A stretch of DNA of 64,000 nucleotides, taken from sequence record PP400781; one strand, written 5' to 3'. This DNA is from Escherichia phage FL20. Position 1 is the first letter of the stretch; each line of letters begins with the position of its first letter. The notes beneath the pieces were generated by a model. That model ran no database searches. It saw only the letters and a list, made by a program, of their open reading frames with translations, and had not been told where the DNA came from. Position numbers and translations under genes: made by a program. Positions 26,954-37,626 of this stretch are shown piece by piece.

Positions 26954-29632
26954 TTAAATGTCAAACAGGTCAGTCAGAGAAGCAACTTTTTCATATTGCA
27001 GCTTTGCAGCCGTGGTAATGTTCTCCAGTGGTTTGACGAAAGTCTTATTAAACAACAAAGGCCAGTCTAACCACTTTAACACCTCTGATTCAATTTCTGG
27101 AGGAATACGAGTACCGGACAACCAACCAAAACAGATTTCTCCAAACGGATTTCGGTCTTTCAGCGGTACAATCATAACCTTCTCGCCCTCACGAATCGGA
27201 TCTAGTCCGAATTTTCGAGCATTACGATTATAACACAATACACTCTTAACCGCATACGGACAACCCTTAATCGGATACCCGTTTGAATCGCTGTATTTCT
27301 GTAGGTTGTTTGCAGATGATACCGCAGCAACATCAAGATAGTCAAGTTTTCTAAATTCTTGCTCAAAAATACCGTAGTATTCCTGCAATGACTCTTCACC
27401 TTCCTGCAACATACGGCGAATACATTCTTTCAGTGATTTCTGACATGCTTTAGGGGTGGAGCTACGTTGCGTTTCCAAGCCCATGATTTTTAGCTTAGGT
27501 TCAGCAAAGCGCGTTCCTTCCATATCCCAAACATTAAGAGCATAACGCTTTTTACCAGTCCAGAATCCACCGATACCAGCAGATTTCAACGGGGGACCAG
27601 CAATTGCCTCACGGTCCATAAACATCAAGTGCTCATAGTTGTTCATGTACTCGCATAACTCGCGATATCCCTTGTCGATAATAGGTTCCATTCGATGTTT
27701 ACCGAAATTATCAAGGAAGTCAACAAGTTTTTCGGTATCGTCGAAACGATCTTCCCCGCCAACCTTATCAACAACATTGTTAACCAGCACATAAACGGAG
27801 TCAGTATCACAATAACGAACATATGCAAAATCGGTTGTTCCGCAAAGCTCGTTTAAGTATTCGTTAATCTTACGCTCAATCCATTGAATTGCAAGCTGAC
27901 CGAACAGTGTGATCGCACTAGCGTTACGGAGATCATAAAAACGGAATTTAGGATTCCCCAACGCACCATAAAGGGAGTTGATCAAAACTTTTCGAGAAAG
28001 CTGGTTTGTATTGCACAAGATCGACTCGTCTTTACATTCTTCCAGCAATTTCTCTAAGGCATCTTTACTTAATTCAGAAAGCATCGATTTAAACGCTTCA
28101 TCAAAGTCGTGACGCACTTCAACGCTATAGCTAATGGTTCCCCCATAAACATGATTTTCATCGTGTAGAATCGCTTTACAGAGTTCAGCATTGCGATCAC
28201 ATGCCAACATCATATTTTTGTACTGCTTGCGCTGATCAAATACCTTTTTAATCTCAATCGGTACGATACCGTGAATATCTTTTCTATACATCCATCCGTT
28301 AGGCGAGCAAGAATACTCATCACTCGGACGTGGTGCAGTTTTATTGATATACTCGTGCATCGGTGCAGCATCAAAAGACCCAGCGATTGTTTCAGGCGAA
28401 ATATTAACCTGTCGAATAATAGATGGATACAGACTTGTTAAGTCAAAGCTCATCATCCAACGGTAAGCATTTGGCACAGGTTCTTTTACGAATGCGCCCG
28501 GATAAGTCTGCTTAGGCTGTATCTTATTTTCCGGTACTACTTTACCCTCAGCTTTCAGAGATCCGAAGATAATAGCATCCCATACTTTCATCGGGTTATA
28601 AACATGGTTAAATTTAATCTTTGCATAGAAACATAGGCTATACACCAGATCAATAAAGCCACGCTTTTTATCAATCGCCAGCACACGGTCAACGTCGCCG
28701 ATGTTATAATCGATGTAAAGTTGATGATTGTCATCACGCAATTTCTTTAACGGACCATCATAATCAACCTTACCGATTCCTGTCTCATATTCAGCAACAT
28801 AATCTAACGCATATGTTGGTTGAGTCGTAAAGCTAAATTTCTTGTACAGGTCAATATAATCAAGGCTTTCGATCCCCATGATCGTAAATGCTTCACGCTC
28901 GTTGCCAAAATCATCCTGTGAGATTCTGGATTTAATCTTACCGCACGGGCTTAGACGGTTAGCGGTTCTACTTCCGAACTTATTACTGATACGTTTAATG
29001 ATATATGGAATATCGAATGTTTCTGTGTTCCAGCCAGTGAAACCAACGGGTCGGTTTTCCTCAAAGAATCGGATGTATTCTAACAGCAATTCATCTTCTG
29101 TGTCATAGACGTTATAAACAACGCGCTCTACAATATCAGGTCGAAGAATAGACTTGCTTGCTTCCCAGATTTCACCGTTTTTTCCTTTCAAGTCAAATAC
29201 AAAGAAACGATCATGTACGGAATCATAATGCGTAATTGCATCGATAGGATATTTCGCTTCTTCTGGTTTAGGAAATTCCGGTGCAGTGACCTCGATATCA
29301 ACCCATGCTACACGGATTTTATTTCGGTCATATCGAATCTCGCCTTTATACGTATCAGACAGATAGGAGATGATAAAATCATCCATCCCTAGTGCCTCTT
29401 GCCCCATTTCTCCCATCTTTTTACGCCATTTGTTGGCCTCGTTCATAGATGGGAATTTTTTAGCAATGCAAGGCTTGCCGTAGATATCTTTATAATTCGT
29501 AACCATACCAGGCGCGGCATGATGAAATAAAGTTGGTGTATATTCAACGTAACGCTCTTGTTCTTGTCCAGCATCATCAATATAACGCTCGTAGATCTTA
29601 TCACCTACTCGCTCACATGACAGAAAATACAT
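26954..29632 (-). CDS. 43: DNA polymerase gp43 (family B)
   Basis: 892 aa from ATG 29630-29632 (GGAG RBS); exo motifs (DIE, YNIGDVD), pol motifs SFDLTSLYPSIIRQ, KVLINSLYGALG, YCDTDSVY, KKRYALNVWDMEG collinear with T4 gp43. Confidence 0.95.
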   Translation of the reverse strand: MYFLSCERVGDKIYERYIDDAGQEQERYVEYTPTLFHHAAPGMVTNYKDIYGKPCIAKKFPSMNEANKWRKKMGEMGQEALGMDDFIISYLSDTYKGEIRYDRNKIRVAWVDIEVTAPEFPKPEEAKYPIDAITHYDSVHDRFFVFDLKGKNGEIWEASKSILRPDIVERVVYNVYDTEDELLLEYIRFFEENRPVGFTGWNTETFDIPYIIKRISNKFGSRTANRLSPCGKIKSRISQDDFGNEREAFTIMGIESLDYIDLYKKFSFTTQPTYALDYVAEYETGIGKVDYDGPLKKLRDDNHQLYIDYNIGDVDRVLAIDKKRGFIDLVYSLCFYAKIKFNHVYNPMKVWDAIIFGSLKAEGKVVPENKIQPKQTYPGAFVKEPVPNAYRWMMSFDLTSLYPSIIRQVNISPETIAGSFDAAPMHEYINKTAPRPSDEYSCSPNGWMYRKDIHGIVPIEIKKVFDQRKQYKNMMLACDRNAELCKAILHDENHVYGGTISYSVEVRHDFDEAFKSMLSELSKDALEKLLEECKDESILCNTNQLSRKVLINSLYGALGNPKFRFYDLRNASAITLFGQLAIQWIERKINEYLNELCGTTDFAYVRYCDTDSVYVLVNNVVDKVGGEDRFDDTEKLVDFLDNFGKHRMEPIIDKGYRELCEYMNNYEHLMFMDREAIAGPPLKSAGIGGFWTGKKRYALNVWDMEGTRFAEPKLKIMGLETQRSSTPKACQKSLKECIRRMLQEGEESLQEYYGIFEQEFRKLDYLDVAAVSSANNLQKYSDSNGYPIKGCPYAVKSVLCYNRNARKFGLDPIREGEKVMIVPLKDRNPFGEICFGWLSGTRIPPEIESEVLKWLDWPLLFNKTFVKPLENITTAAKLQYEKVASLTDLFDI

Positions 29633-29664
29633 AATATAAACTCCTTCACTTACGAAAGACACTC

Positions 29665-29693
29665 ATTATAGGGGAATCGACTTAGTTTGTCAA
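29665..29693 (-). promoter_or_regulatory. Sigma70-type promoter upstream of gene 43
   Basis: TTGACA-aactaagtcgattcccc-TATAAT about 30 nt upstream of the 43 start. Confidence 0.5.
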
Positions 29694-29714
29694 TACCCCT
29701 ATCCCATCAGTATC

Positions 29715-30077
29715 TTATCGCCCGATCTGATATTTCTCGATCAGCGTCCACTCTTCTTTCTGTTTGAAAGACAGTACACGGAAATTATTAACTTCGGTAG
29801 TTTCAAAATCACTATCAATCAGGGTACACAGATTCCACTGCGCCAGAAGTTTTGCAATGTTATTACGGCGTAATTCATCTTCCCACGTCATTTTAACACT
29901 ACGACCATCTAATTTCAACAACTCCTTGAAATGAACGATGTAATAGCGCCCTTTCTTCTGGAGAATATGACAAGACTGATACAGCGTCTTGTCTCGATTG
30001 TTGGCAATGCCGCAGCGGGTTAAAGTTTCCTTAATTTTAAGGAAGTTTTCAGGACTAATCAAATTAATTTCAATCAT
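29715..30077 (-). CDS. regA: Translational repressor RegA
   Basis: 120 aa; near-identical blocks LTRCGIANNRDKTLYQSCHILQKKGRYYIVHFKE and NFRVLSFKQK as in T4 RegA. Confidence 0.9.
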   Translation of the reverse strand: MIEINLISPENFLKIKETLTRCGIANNRDKTLYQSCHILQKKGRYYIVHFKELLKLDGRSVKMTWEDELRRNNIAKLLAQWNLCTLIDSDFETTEVNNFRVLSFKQKEEWTLIEKYQIGR

Positions 30078-30078
30078 T

Positions 30079-30657
30079 TTACCACCTTTCTATAATCTTT
30101 TTAAGTCGTTTCCTTTCTGTCTGATTCTTAGTAACACCCGCCAAAAGTTCATCGGTCGCATACGGTTTAATGTGCTTCAATAACTTGTCCATATATCCCT
30201 TTTCATTAGCCAAATCGAGATAAAACCGGGCGTCATCCATATTTACACAATATGCTTTCGCCACTGCCATTAAAACCAATTTTTGGTCCAATTCTTCTGT
30301 TAGTTTAGCCCATTTACCGTATCGTTTCCCCTTAGAAATACTCTGTAAGAGATAATCAAAATGCATTTGATCTGGGAGGCCATGACCGATTAAATTCATC
30401 ACATACGCGCTATATAGGCAATCTGCGTGCTGGGAAAGAGCGGTGTTAATCCATCTCTGGTTATATGCAGAATTGTTTCCCACATTAACGCGCTGTTTAT
30501 CTAAGGTGATATGATCCATCAGAGCAAATAATGCATTGTCGGTTTTCTCGGTGAATGTATCCGCTAATTCAGACACCTTTTCCCAATCACGAGATCGCCA
30601 TGCAATTTCATGCTCGTTTAATTGTGTATCATCTTCACCGAAAAATTGACCTAACAT
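30079..30657 (-). CDS. 62: Clamp-loader subunit gp62
   Basis: 192 aa; QLNEHEIAW, YAMNLIGHGL, HFDYLLQ, KRYGKWAKL match T4 gp62; start overlaps gp44 stop. Confidence 0.85.
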   Translation of the reverse strand: MLGQFFGEDDTQLNEHEIAWRSRDWEKVSELADTFTEKTDNALFALMDHITLDKQRVNVGNNSAYNQRWINTALSQHADCLYSAYVMNLIGHGLPDQMHFDYLLQSISKGKRYGKWAKLTEELDQKLVLMAVAKAYCVNMDDARFYLDLANEKGYMDKLLKHIKPYATDELLAGVTKNQTERKRLKKIIERW

Positions 30658-31631
30658 TATACGAACTCCAATTCAACCATTAATTGCATTAACAAAAAGA
30701 CAATGTGAATCTCTTTATCAGCCGCGTGTGCAAACATCTGATTATTTTCACCGATAATCTCGGTCAGACGGATAATCGACGCTGGCTTAACTTGAGTATA
30801 CAACTCATTATAAAGTTTCTTGACAAATTGAGCGTATGTATTGGTATATCGCGGTGCAAGTTTACGCACATTAGCAAACTGTTTAGTTTTAAGTGCTTCC
30901 ACCACATCGGTTACTTCGGTATTGCTACTTTCGATAACCATGCTCAATACGCCAGCATCAATTTTACCATGTTTAGCGTAGCGGTCCAAAAGTTTCATTA
31001 CGCGTCGGAAGTCTGGGAAGTTCTGCTTAACCAGTTCCGCTAATACGCGCATTTCTTCTACTGGCACACCTTCTTTATCAAGAATTGCTTTACACCGGAC
31101 GATCATTTCTTTCATCATGCGAAGCTGATCATCTTTAGTCGGAGATCCAAACGTGATGGGATCAAATCGAGATCGTAACGCTGGTATAATACCTTCTAGA
31201 TCGTTTGCTGTGATAATGAATGTCACATTGTTTGAGTATGCCTCAGAGAAACTACGCAAGTGTCTTTGAGCATCAGCTAACCCCGCTCGGTCATACTCAT
31301 CGATAATAACAACTTTGCCTTTTTCTCGTTTTTCTTCATCGAGTGATACACTCTGCGCAAAGCGTGTAATCTCATCACGAATAAAATCAATCTTACAATC
31401 TGCACCGTTAACAAACAGATAATCAACACCAACATCTTCGCAAAGCGCCTTAGCAACGGTTGTTTTACCAGTACCCGGCGATGGGCTATGCAGAATCATT
31501 GAAGGGATTCGGCCTTGCTTAACAATCTGCGCGAAGATCTTTTTATCTGCTTCCGGCAGAATACATTCAGAAATTGATTTCGGACGGTATTTCTGTTCCC
31601 ACTGAAACTCATTTTCATTAACACTCAGCAT
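30657..31631 (-). CDS. 44: Clamp-loader ATPase gp44 (AAA+)
   Basis: 324 aa from ATG 31629-31631 (GAGGTGA RBS); EQKYRP, HSPSPGTGKTTVAKAL, VIIDEYDR, QRHLRSF, NFPDFRR match T4 gp44. Confidence 0.9.
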   Translation of the reverse strand: MLSVNENEFQWEQKYRPKSISECILPEADKKIFAQIVKQGRIPSMILHSPSPGTGKTTVAKALCEDVGVDYLFVNGADCKIDFIRDEITRFAQSVSLDEEKREKGKVVIIDEYDRAGLADAQRHLRSFSEAYSNNVTFIITANDLEGIIPALRSRFDPITFGSPTKDDQLRMMKEMIVRCKAILDKEGVPVEEMRVLAELVKQNFPDFRRVMKLLDRYAKHGKIDAGVLSMVIESSNTEVTDVVEALKTKQFANVRKLAPRYTNTYAQFVKKLYNELYTQVKPASIIRLTEIIGENNQMFAHAADKEIHIVFLLMQLMVELEFV

Positions 31632-31696
31632 ATAATCACCTCTCACAAATTACATCATTAAAACGGGGAGTATTTACACTCCCCACAAACATTATA

Positions 31697-32383
31697 TTAG
31701 TCGGTGTAGCTGGAGTCAAGGTCACACGCGATCATGTAAGATACGGTTTCACTTGCCAGCCATACAGCCTTACGGCGAGTGAAGCTCAGTTTGTAATCGC
31801 CGAAGTCGGTAGCAACCAGTTTCATGTTATCTTTACGAATAAAGAAATGGAAGTCTGCGGTTCCGGCATATTCGCCCATGTCAAGACAAAACATCTCATT
31901 CGGATTATTTTTGTCAATCTCTTCCCAACCTTTGATCATCAGACGACCATCAATCGGTAGAAATTCAAGGCGATCCACTTTAAGCTGATTGCTCATTTTC
32001 ATAAGCTGTTTCAGATCGTCGTTGCTCAGTTCGTAATCTACATCGCTTGCGGGTGGAGTAACTCGGCCTTTCGGTGATACGATAGCAGCAGCACTAGCAC
32101 CAGGATAATTAATTTTCAGACGATCATTAGACACACGAATGTTTCCGGTGCGGTCATCAACCGTAATATCTGCTTCATCGCCTACCAGATTCAGAATACC
32201 CAGGAAAGAGTTAAGATCATAGATCCCGATTTCGTGTTCCAGTTCTTGATTCAGAGTCGCTTCACCATATACAACGTTTGTCATGTTTTTGGTGATTAGG
32301 ACGTTTCCTTTTTTCAGGATGATACCTGGGTTAATAGCGGAAAAGTTTTTCAGGGTAGCAATGGTTTCTTTAGTCAGTTTCAT
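31697..32383 (-). CDS. 45: Sliding clamp gp45
   Basis: 228 aa from ATG 32381-32383 (same length as T4 gp45); N-terminus MKLTKETIATLKNFSAINPGI matches T4. Confidence 0.9.
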   Translation of the reverse strand: MKLTKETIATLKNFSAINPGIILKKGNVLITKNMTNVVYGEATLNQELEHEIGIYDLNSFLGILNLVGDEADITVDDRTGNIRVSNDRLKINYPGASAAAIVSPKGRVTPPASDVDYELSNDDLKQLMKMSNQLKVDRLEFLPIDGRLMIKGWEEIDKNNPNEMFCLDMGEYAGTADFHFFIRKDNMKLVATDFGDYKLSFTRRKAVWLASETVSYMIACDLDSSYTD

Positions 32384-32413
32384 CAAATCACCTTTATCAT
32401 GTTAATCAATTAA

Positions 32414-32812
32414 TTACGGGTTTACTTCGTGCTCATTTTGAATCTTTAGCATTCTTTCGATAAATTTTTTCTCGGCTTCCTTGTCGGATGAGTGAGTATA
32501 CTTCAATCCAATGTAAGCTGTCAAGTATTGTTGCAGAGCATAGACAGTAACAGGATTCTTTGCGGTCTTTTTGCCGTCGAGATATACCAGATCACCACGA
32601 ACATCAAACGCAAGTTTACGACGAATCACATCATCAACAAATTTATCTAGAACAAAATACCACTCAATACACTCTATCCCGTGACGGTAGTTCATTACAT
32701 CATTATCTTTGATATAGTCAAACGGAATATGACATAATTTACTATTTTGTAGGATGAATAGCATTTGTTCTTTTAAGCTCATACGTTTCATTCTATCACT
32801 TCCCATCAGCAA
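32414..32812 (-). CDS. Hypothetical protein (between 46 and 45)
   Basis: 132-aa ORF; one of two ORFs at the rpbA/45.2 position. Confidence 0.4.
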   Translation of the reverse strand: MLMGSDRMKRMSLKEQMLFILQNSKLCHIPFDYIKDNDVMNYRHGIECIEWYFVLDKFVDDVIRRKLAFDVRGDLVYLDGKKTAKNPVTVYALQQYLTAYIGLKYTHSSDKEAEKKFIERMLKIQNEHEVNP

Positions 32813-33188
32813 TTGCGATTAGACGAGTTACTACTACGCTAGCGGCTTCAATCAGCAGTTCATCAGTATCAATCTGATAACCCTTTTCGAGAATATCTTT
32901 ACCTCGAATAGTTTTAGCGCCTTTAGCAATTGAATCATCGTAATACTTGCGCATTGCCGCGATCCATTCTTTTTGCACCATATCATCAATATGCGCGTAC
33001 AGTTCAAAGCGTGCTTGCTGCGGGATAACCTTCATTTTAGCTTTCTCGCTTTCCGGCATTTGTAGTACCCACGCTTTACGGATCTTGTTCATTGCTCGGT
33101 CAAATTCGAGACTGGTTTTCTTGTTCTGAATGTCTGCTACAGTAATTTTAGCCAGGTTTGCGGAAGTAGTCATAATATTAATCTCCAA
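32796..33188 (-). CDS. Hypothetical protein, possible RpbA by synteny
   Basis: 130 aa, similar in size to T4 RpbA (about 129 aa) and in the expected position; sequence identity not verified. Confidence 0.4.
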   Translation of the reverse strand: MEINIMTTSANLAKITVADIQNKKTSLEFDRAMNKIRKAWVLQMPESEKAKMKVIPQQARFELYAHIDDMVQKEWIAAMRKYYDDSIAKGAKTIRGKDILEKGYQIDTDELLIEAASVVVTRLIAIADGK

Positions 33189-33203
33189 AATAAAATCAGT
33201 ATA

Positions 33204-33434
33204 TCACGTTCTAAAGTTTGTTGCAACCCCAGCATCAGGGTAATCAAGTTTATCAAAGTTTGGGACCAGCATAAACTCATGATGACGACAAGACAACATT
33301 TTTGTTATGTCTTCATCGCTGTATATGCTGTTTTTCATATCCCCCATACTAACTACATATTCTTCACCGGAATATAGATTGATTAAGGTATACAATTCTA
33401 ACTCCGGCTGCGTTACTCTGTCAAATGTTAACAT
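33204..33434 (-). CDS. Hypothetical small protein
   Basis: 76-aa ORF directly downstream of 46. Confidence 0.4.
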   Translation of the reverse strand: MLTFDRVTQPELELYTLINLYSGEEYVVSMGDMKNSIYSDEDITKMLSCRHHEFMLVPNFDKLDYPDAGVATNFRT

Positions 33435-35103
33435 TCATTTCAGTGAATCGCCCACGTTTAACCATCTTGAGATGACGGCTAAAATCATCAGGGTTATGGT
33501 CACGATGGCTGATAATATACACGTTATCATCTAACTTGTCAATGATGGAATCAAGTGCTTTTACGCCTTGAACGTCCGTAGCCCCATCATAAATTTCGTC
33601 GAGTACCAACAAAGAAATGTTAGTACCAGATACTTTACCAGCAACATCACGCCATGTAAAGAGCATCGCAAGGTCAATACGTGCTTTTTCGCCTTGACTG
33701 AACGATGTATACGAAAACGATTCACGCCCCCGTGATTTGATTGTTTCGTTAAACTCTTCATCTAGCGTAAAGATATAATCCGCTTCCATGATATCAAGAT
33801 AATACGCAATCCGATCATTGAAATATGGAATATATTTCTTGACGATAGACGCCTTAACACCGGAATCCTTCAACATTTCTGTTACAAATCCACGGTGATA
33901 TTTTTCAAGAACTAGCTTTGATTTTTCATTAGTAATCTCTACCAGTTCGTGTTCCAGTTTAGCAAGTTCTTCGGAATTGTCAACCCTTTCTTTTTGTAAT
34001 TCCTGAATTGCTTTCTGGATCTGTTTAGCCCGACCTACAGATGCCGTTAAATTCGCTCTCTGTGACTCTATAGCGCGTTTAATTTCCAAGACCTTAGTTT
34101 GTGCTGTCTGGAAAGAATTGGCTTTCTCTGCGTATTCTACGCGTTTCTCGTCAATAAGAGACAGTTTATGTTCGGCTTGTGCTTTTTGTTCGCGTACAGC
34201 CTGATCATTACCCTGAATGATCGGTTGTGTGCACGTAGGACAGATCCCGCCTTTCTCGTGCATATGGATAACACGGTCAAAGTTCTGGATCTGCGCACCA
34301 ATCTGTGCGATAGCAGTATTAATTTTAGCCAATGCTGCGCTAGGATCTTCCGGCATAACAACAGACAATAGCTCATCGGTCAAGCGCGTTTCTTCGGCTT
34401 TAAACGCTTTAGCTGATTCTACTTCTTTCTCGTACATATTCTGCAAACGCTGTAGATTCTCGGCACTCGCCTTGCTAGCGTCTTCTATGTACTTTTTATG
34501 AGTGTTGATTTGTTGCTGAACGTGATTAGCTTTCATTTCCTGCATTTGGATATTCTGGGTAATCTCGCGCACATACGCTTTATTCAGTTTATCCATTTCG
34601 CCTAGCGTAGCAATATCAAGCAAATCCTCGACCAGTTTACGGCGACCCGCTGCCGGAAGACTCATAAACGGAACATAACCAGCAGTTCCTAAAACAACGA
34701 TCTGTTTAAAGCTGGCTAGGTTCATGCCTATGATACCTTCAAAATATTCCTGAAAGTCTTTGGTGCTTGCGCTCTCGTCGATCTTTTGTCCGTCGCGATG
34801 CACTTCGAATACTTCCGGCTTTTGTCCACGTTTAATATAAAATTCTTTCCCGTCCAGTTCAAACCAGACTTCGACTAACAGTTTCTTTTTGTTGACGCTG
34901 TTAATCAATTGGCCTTTCTTGATACTACGAAACGGTTTACCGAACAACACAAAGCAAAGCGCCTCGATCATTGTTGATTTACCAGCACCGTTAACACCAG
35001 TGATTAGTGTCTTTTTGAATCCGTCTAGCTGAATCTCTACAGGTTCAGCACCCACGCTCATTATATTTTGATAGCGCAAGGTTTTAAAATTTAACTTTGC
35101 CAT
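33421..35103 (-). CDS. 46: Recombination endonuclease subunit gp46 (Rad50/SbcC-like)
   Basis: 560 aa from ATG 35101-35103 (same as T4 gp46); Walker A GVNGAGKST, long coiled-coil with CPTC zinc hook, signature FSQGEKARIDLA, Walker B LLVLDEIYDG. Confidence 0.9.
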   Translation of the reverse strand: MAKLNFKTLRYQNIMSVGAEPVEIQLDGFKKTLITGVNGAGKSTMIEALCFVLFGKPFRSIKKGQLINSVNKKKLLVEVWFELDGKEFYIKRGQKPEVFEVHRDGQKIDESASTKDFQEYFEGIIGMNLASFKQIVVLGTAGYVPFMSLPAAGRRKLVEDLLDIATLGEMDKLNKAYVREITQNIQMQEMKANHVQQQINTHKKYIEDASKASAENLQRLQNMYEKEVESAKAFKAEETRLTDELLSVVMPEDPSAALAKINTAIAQIGAQIQNFDRVIHMHEKGGICPTCTQPIIQGNDQAVREQKAQAEHKLSLIDEKRVEYAEKANSFQTAQTKVLEIKRAIESQRANLTASVGRAKQIQKAIQELQKERVDNSEELAKLEHELVEITNEKSKLVLEKYHRGFVTEMLKDSGVKASIVKKYIPYFNDRIAYYLDIMEADYIFTLDEEFNETIKSRGRESFSYTSFSQGEKARIDLAMLFTWRDVAGKVSGTNISLLVLDEIYDGATDVQGVKALDSIIDKLDDNVYIISHRDHNPDDFSRHLKMVKRGRFTEMNVNI

Positions 35104-35347
35104 TAATCCACTCCGCAATCACACATTCCATAATATTAAATGCTAACACATCTTCATCAATGTTGTAAACACTTGCCGCCTTCACTTTAACTAATGTGTC
35201 TCTGCGATCTGGCAACATGATCACATAATCCAGTGTCGCAGGATCATATGTCATAAAGGGATCAACATAAATCCCTTTATTCAATGCCAGATATTCGCGA
35301 AGACCTTCTATAACCCTGTGTCTAAGGTAGGTCATCGATAGAATCAT
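35084..35347 (-). CDS. Hypothetical protein
   Basis: 87-aa ORF. Confidence 0.4.
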   Translation of the reverse strand: MILSMTYLRHRVIEGLREYLALNKGIYVDPFMTYDPATLDYVIMLPDRRDTLVKVKAASVYNIDEDVLAFNIMECVIAEWINGKVKF

Positions 35348-35940
35348 TTTAGTTTATGTTCCTCTAAAAATTCTTCAATTTCACCTTGCAGGTCTTCCGC
35401 TTGCTGTTCCAGAATATCGCGAAATTCACCTACAGTCAAGCGGTAATCACATTTCACCAGTCGATGCGGGAGAATATACCCTTTATACATTGTCTCTGAC
35501 GCTTCCAGGAATACCCCACTATGCATGACAGAGATCCAACCTGTTAACGTCAATGGAGTATTCGGAAAATAATACTTGCTGGATTGTTTCCACTGTACGA
35601 AAGCACCATATACAATCGGATTATATTCACCAACCACACTCTTAATAATGGATTCTACTTTGTCTTTTACAAAGTCGCCAATGTCCATAGTTACCATCAA
35701 ATCCTGTGGATGAATCACTTTAAGGTAACGACGATAACCGTCATCATACCACATCTTAACCACTGGCTGACCCCACATTTTAGCAATACTCGCTTTCAGA
35801 TAGCCATAGATCGGATTCTTGCAATGTGATTGTTTTAGTGTGTATGTGTGCACCAATTTAATAAAATGTTCCATTACCAACAAATCAGAATCAGCCGCGA
35901 CCATAGTCGTATTCATAATATGTTCCTCGTTCAATCTCAT
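35344..35940 (-). CDS. Hypothetical protein
   Basis: 198-aa ORF between 47 and 46. Confidence 0.45.
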   Translation of the reverse strand: MRLNEEHIMNTTMVAADSDLLVMEHFIKLVHTYTLKQSHCKNPIYGYLKASIAKMWGQPVVKMWYDDGYRRYLKVIHPQDLMVTMDIGDFVKDKVESIIKSVVGEYNPIVYGAFVQWKQSSKYYFPNTPLTLTGWISVMHSGVFLEASETMYKGYILPHRLVKCDYRLTVGEFRDILEQQAEDLQGEIEEFLEEHKLK

Positions 35941-36208
35941 ATTGTTTCAGGTCTTCTAAAAGTTCATCCACTGCTTGTTTCAGTACATGACGCAGCGTAA
36001 AGTAATAGCTTTCATCAAATTCTATTTCCGCGCGAGGAATAGAGCGAAACTTACACTTAACGGTAGTATCAGTGAGTCGCTTTTCGACCATCATCCGAAC
36101 TTCTTCATGCTCTTTGGAATACCATACATCAACGGAGATCCCCTTACGTCGAGCAAACATAGGCAATGCCTCATTAAATTCCATTACCTTTTGTGCAAGT
36201 GTTTTCAT
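35891..36208 (-). CDS. Hypothetical protein
   Basis: 105-aa ORF. Confidence 0.4.
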   Translation of the reverse strand: MKTLAQKVMEFNEALPMFARRKGISVDVWYSKEHEEVRMMVEKRLTDTTVKCKFRSIPRAEIEFDESYYFTLRHVLKQAVDELLEDLKQYEIERGTYYEYDYGRG

Positions 36209-36456
36209 CGTACAGACCCCATAGATCCACGCGCAATAACATTCTGGGTAATATCAGCAACCTTACGGGATACGATGTTTGTTAGCCCCTCTTTGGTGAT
36301 ATTTTCACGATCAAATGGGATTTCGTCATGAGTCCACAAACCATAGTTAGATCGAAATGATAGCATATACTGACCATCTCGCACAACCTCAAATACATGG
36401 ATCTTAGTGAATTTCGATAAACCTTCGTTGATTTCTTTCAATGCATTAGTAATCAT
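36205..36456 (-). CDS. Hypothetical small protein (83 aa)
   Basis: ATG at 36454-36456 with GGAGG RBS (track start is TTG). Confidence 0.4.
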   Translation of the reverse strand: MITNALKEINEGLSKFTKIHVFEVVRDGQYMLSFRSNYGLWTHDEIPFDRENITKEGLTNIVSRKVADITQNVIARGSMGSVR

Positions 36457-36482
36457 AACAACCTCCAATCAATTTTTAGAGA

Positions 36483-36510
36483 GTATAACGGGGATTTCTC
36501 CCCGCGTCAA
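36483..36510 (-). promoter_or_regulatory. Sigma70-type early promoter with dyad spacer
   Basis: TTGACG-cggggagaaatccccg-TTATAC. Confidence 0.5.
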
Positions 36511-37536
36511 CTAACTTTTTGCGCTATTTACCTCGGCTAAAAGTTCATCAGAAATACGCTTGACCGCCGCAAGTTCTTCCGGTTCTAGGTTTTGTTCTTC
36601 CAGATATTCATATACCATCTGAATAGTGCTTTTAACTTCAATAACACCTGTTTCCTGTGATGCGCTACTCTCCAGTTTATGGACCACTTTTAGCTTGTGT
36701 ACAACGGCCTCTAACGCGCTTTCTAACTTAGTTAACCCATTATCAGCAACCGTTGCAATAAGACGCACACTAAGCCCCTTAAAGCGTTCTACATCGATTT
36801 TATCATCTGACGGGTAAGTGATACGCACATGATAAGTTTTGTCATTCTGGATAAACTCTTTTTTGTGTGTATCGGTATCGAATACCCAAAACCCACGCGG
36901 ATCGTTTTCGTCACCCGCCGTTAGTGTGTATGGTGTACCGATATACGTTACATTACCGCCATCGCTGATAGTATGAAAATGACCGGAAAACACTTCACGG
37001 TATTTCTTGAGGAAGTCCGCGCTATAACCTTCGGATTTTAGCCCTTTATAGAAATAGTAACCGGACAATTCCCAATGGCCTACACAATATTCGCTGAATG
37101 AGTTTTGAATAAACTCTAAAATCTCTGATTTATTGTCATCACAAAACCACGGGAACAGATCAAATGATACACCATCAAAGGTAACTGTTTCCGGTTTATC
37201 GATAACCTTAATGCAATCATACTGGCTTAACACTTCACGCGGTGCGTTAGGCTGGATCTTGTTTCGTTTAAACATATCATGGTTCCCGACCGTGATATAA
37301 CAAGTAATTCCAGCCTCTTCCAGTAATGGGATGACCTTAGTACGGTTAAATTTCATGGTTTCATGGGTAATTGCTTTTCGGCAATCAAACCAATCCCCTG
37401 TTTGAATCCATGTCTTAATATTATGCTCTTTGGAGTATTCAACCGCCTTCTTGATGGTATCAAGAATATACTCATGCACCCACGGATCATCGCCACCGAT
37501 ACCAGTATGCAGATCACCTAAAAGCAAAATTTTCAT
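36511..37536 (-). CDS. 47: Recombination endonuclease subunit gp47 (Mre11/SbcD-like)
   Basis: 341 aa; phosphoesterase motifs GDLH, GDWFD, GNHD, GHWE, GHFH; collinear with T4 gp47. Confidence 0.9.
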   Translation of the reverse strand: MKILLLGDLHTGIGGDDPWVHEYILDTIKKAVEYSKEHNIKTWIQTGDWFDCRKAITHETMKFNRTKVIPLLEEAGITCYITVGNHDMFKRNKIQPNAPREVLSQYDCIKVIDKPETVTFDGVSFDLFPWFCDDNKSEILEFIQNSFSEYCVGHWELSGYYFYKGLKSEGYSADFLKKYREVFSGHFHTISDGGNVTYIGTPYTLTAGDENDPRGFWVFDTDTHKKEFIQNDKTYHVRITYPSDDKIDVERFKGLSVRLIATVADNGLTKLESALEAVVHKLKVVHKLESSASQETGVIEVKSTIQMVYEYLEEQNLEPEELAAVKRISDELLAEVNSAKS

Positions 37537-37626
37537 AGTCTCTTCCTCTCTTCGTTTTCGATGCTCTCACTATATCACAGAAAAATAAAAAGGGAAACCC
37601 CTTTCAGAGTCTCCCTTATAAAGCCA